Shown: one piece after another, positions 62,369-64,000 of the stretch | Layout of the letters: every line of letters begins with the position of its first letter | Numbering within the stretch: the stretch's first letter is position 1 | NCBI GenBank assembly: GCA_032718475.1 | Contig: JAUCBJ010002736.1 | Span: 1-64,000 of the forward strand | DNA from: Nemertoderma westbladi | Lineage: Eukaryota > Animalia > Xenacoelomorpha | Reading direction: 5' to 3' | DNA length: 64,000 nucleotides | The notes under the pieces: model-generated | Databases searched by the model: none | What the model was told of the DNA's origin: nothing | What the model saw: the letters and a program-made list of their open reading frames with translations, nothing else | Translations under genes and position numbers: made by a program

Positions 62369-64000
62369 TGTTACGGTATATGGCGCTGTATCCATAATAT
62401 TAGTCATCATGCAGTATGCAATATTAGTCCGTTATGCAGTATGCAATATTAGTCCGTTATACTGTATGTAATATTAGTCCGTTGTGCAGCATGATATTTT
62501 AGATAAGGCATAATAACGCAGTGGTATTTAGATAGGGAAATCGAAACACCCATATATTTGAATCCATCCATTTTGTATAGTATGTAGCCCTACCTACGTA
62601 ATTTTGTATTAGGTAATATGTAGATAGTTCCAGGGTAAGTTTATTCGGACCCTGGATTCCGTGCTTGCTGATATTAGCTTTAGTAGGGCTAGCATATAGG
62701 GACGCTGTCCTGGCCATTCAGCAGCCAGAGACGTGAACCATTACCATATATGGTAATAATTCGAGGAAGGGGAGCAAATAGGGCTACAATCCGGCCTCCT
62801 TATTGGACTAGCTGCTTCCAGGTTGGTCTAGTGCTAGCACGGACTGGAGAGCCAATAAGAAAGCGATTGAGTCACCCTATTGCATCACCCCATCCGGATC
62901 ACCTATAAATTGGCGGTGTGCCGGTAGAGCCTCACCAACTCATCACATGACACCTAGCCCTAGCACCTGTCTTGCTGTTTTTTCTTGATACTTTCTGCAA
63001 TTTGCTAATTTGATTAATTTCGTGAAATGATTTGCTAGTGCGATTACTTGCTTGTGTTTCTCAATAATTCCTTCGACTACTGCTAATTACAACTGAACTA
63101 TGATTTCTACCTTTTGATTAATGGTTCTATGTGATTCTTTTCTGCGCAATAATCCTAAGGGATTCCTGAGACTGTCAGACTTTGTGATTTGCATGCGCCG
63201 CTACGGTAGCTATTAGCATAATGGAGGGCTAAGGCGCCAGTGGGCGGTGGGCACATCGGGGGGTTAGCGACGAAGGGAGCGGAGGATTCAAAGGCGAGCA
63301 ACGCTGGCGGGGGGTCACCGTTGCGGTCGGGCAATTTGCATTGTAGCGTGGGGGCAGCTCGCTGGTACAGTAATTAGGGGGCTGATGATCCAGGTTTTGT
63401 CTCTATTTAGTATTAGGGGGGCAGGAATTGGGTTAGTTAGGAAGCCTAGATGTACCCGGGAGAGGTCTGCGTGCTTTACAATTGCGAATTGCATGTATTG
63501 CAGTATTGCGAATTATTATATTGTGCTGTGTAATTGCTAATTGCGTGCATTGCGGATTGTACAATTGTGAATCGCGCATTGCGAGCTGTGATTGCTGACG
63601 CTGATTGGTGTGTTACTAAAGTGTGCCTAAGATTACGAATGCTTAGATAGGCGCTCTTTTCCCTTTGATTGATTTCTATCTCTTAGTTTACTGTAAATAA
63701 TTACTGATTAGGTCAAAGTAATACAGTATTTTAGGCTGTTACATATTTGTGACTGTAATTAATTAGTAAAATTAAGAATTAGTACGCAGCATAGCGGAGA
63801 GTAGCTAAGGTAATAATTAGAGTACCGTAAACTATTCACGCTGAGCGGTTATTTTAATTAGCGGGCAATAAGCTAGATAGCAGTATTCAGTACGCAAAAC
63901 GCATTAGTAATTTGCTGGCCTAAAGCCAGCCGCAGACAAGTTTAGTCCCACTATAGGTATTAGCCCTAATAAACACTGTACCACTTTGATTATTTTAAAT
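62369..64000. mobile_element. Probable retroelement/LTR start interrupting the 47-bp array
   Basis: The array stops mid-unit at TGTTACGG (LTR-like start), followed by promoter-like motifs. The other end is not in the window. Confidence 0.4.

Overview
Repeat-rich, intron-containing eukaryotic (most likely invertebrate animal) DNA. It holds a complete minus-strand LSF/TFCP2 (CP2-Grainyhead family) transcription factor gene (11 coding exons, 19990->579) and the 5' part of a plus-strand GRAMD1/Aster (GRAM+VASt) gene. Between them are a MULE transposase remnant, a 7.35-kb LTR element with TSDs but no pol, an orphan ORF cluster, a BEL/Pao element with an intact 2261-codon gag-pol ORF, several MITEs and satellites. 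The main observation is that three different introns of the TFCP2 gene are each filled by a multi-kb tandem array (27-, ~41- and 45-bp units, roughly 90-120 copies each). In every case the unit is a copy of that intron's own exon-end plus 5' splice site (AG|GT), and the array starts exactly at the real donor. All calls were made by eye, and family assignments rest on recalled motifs rather than database searches.
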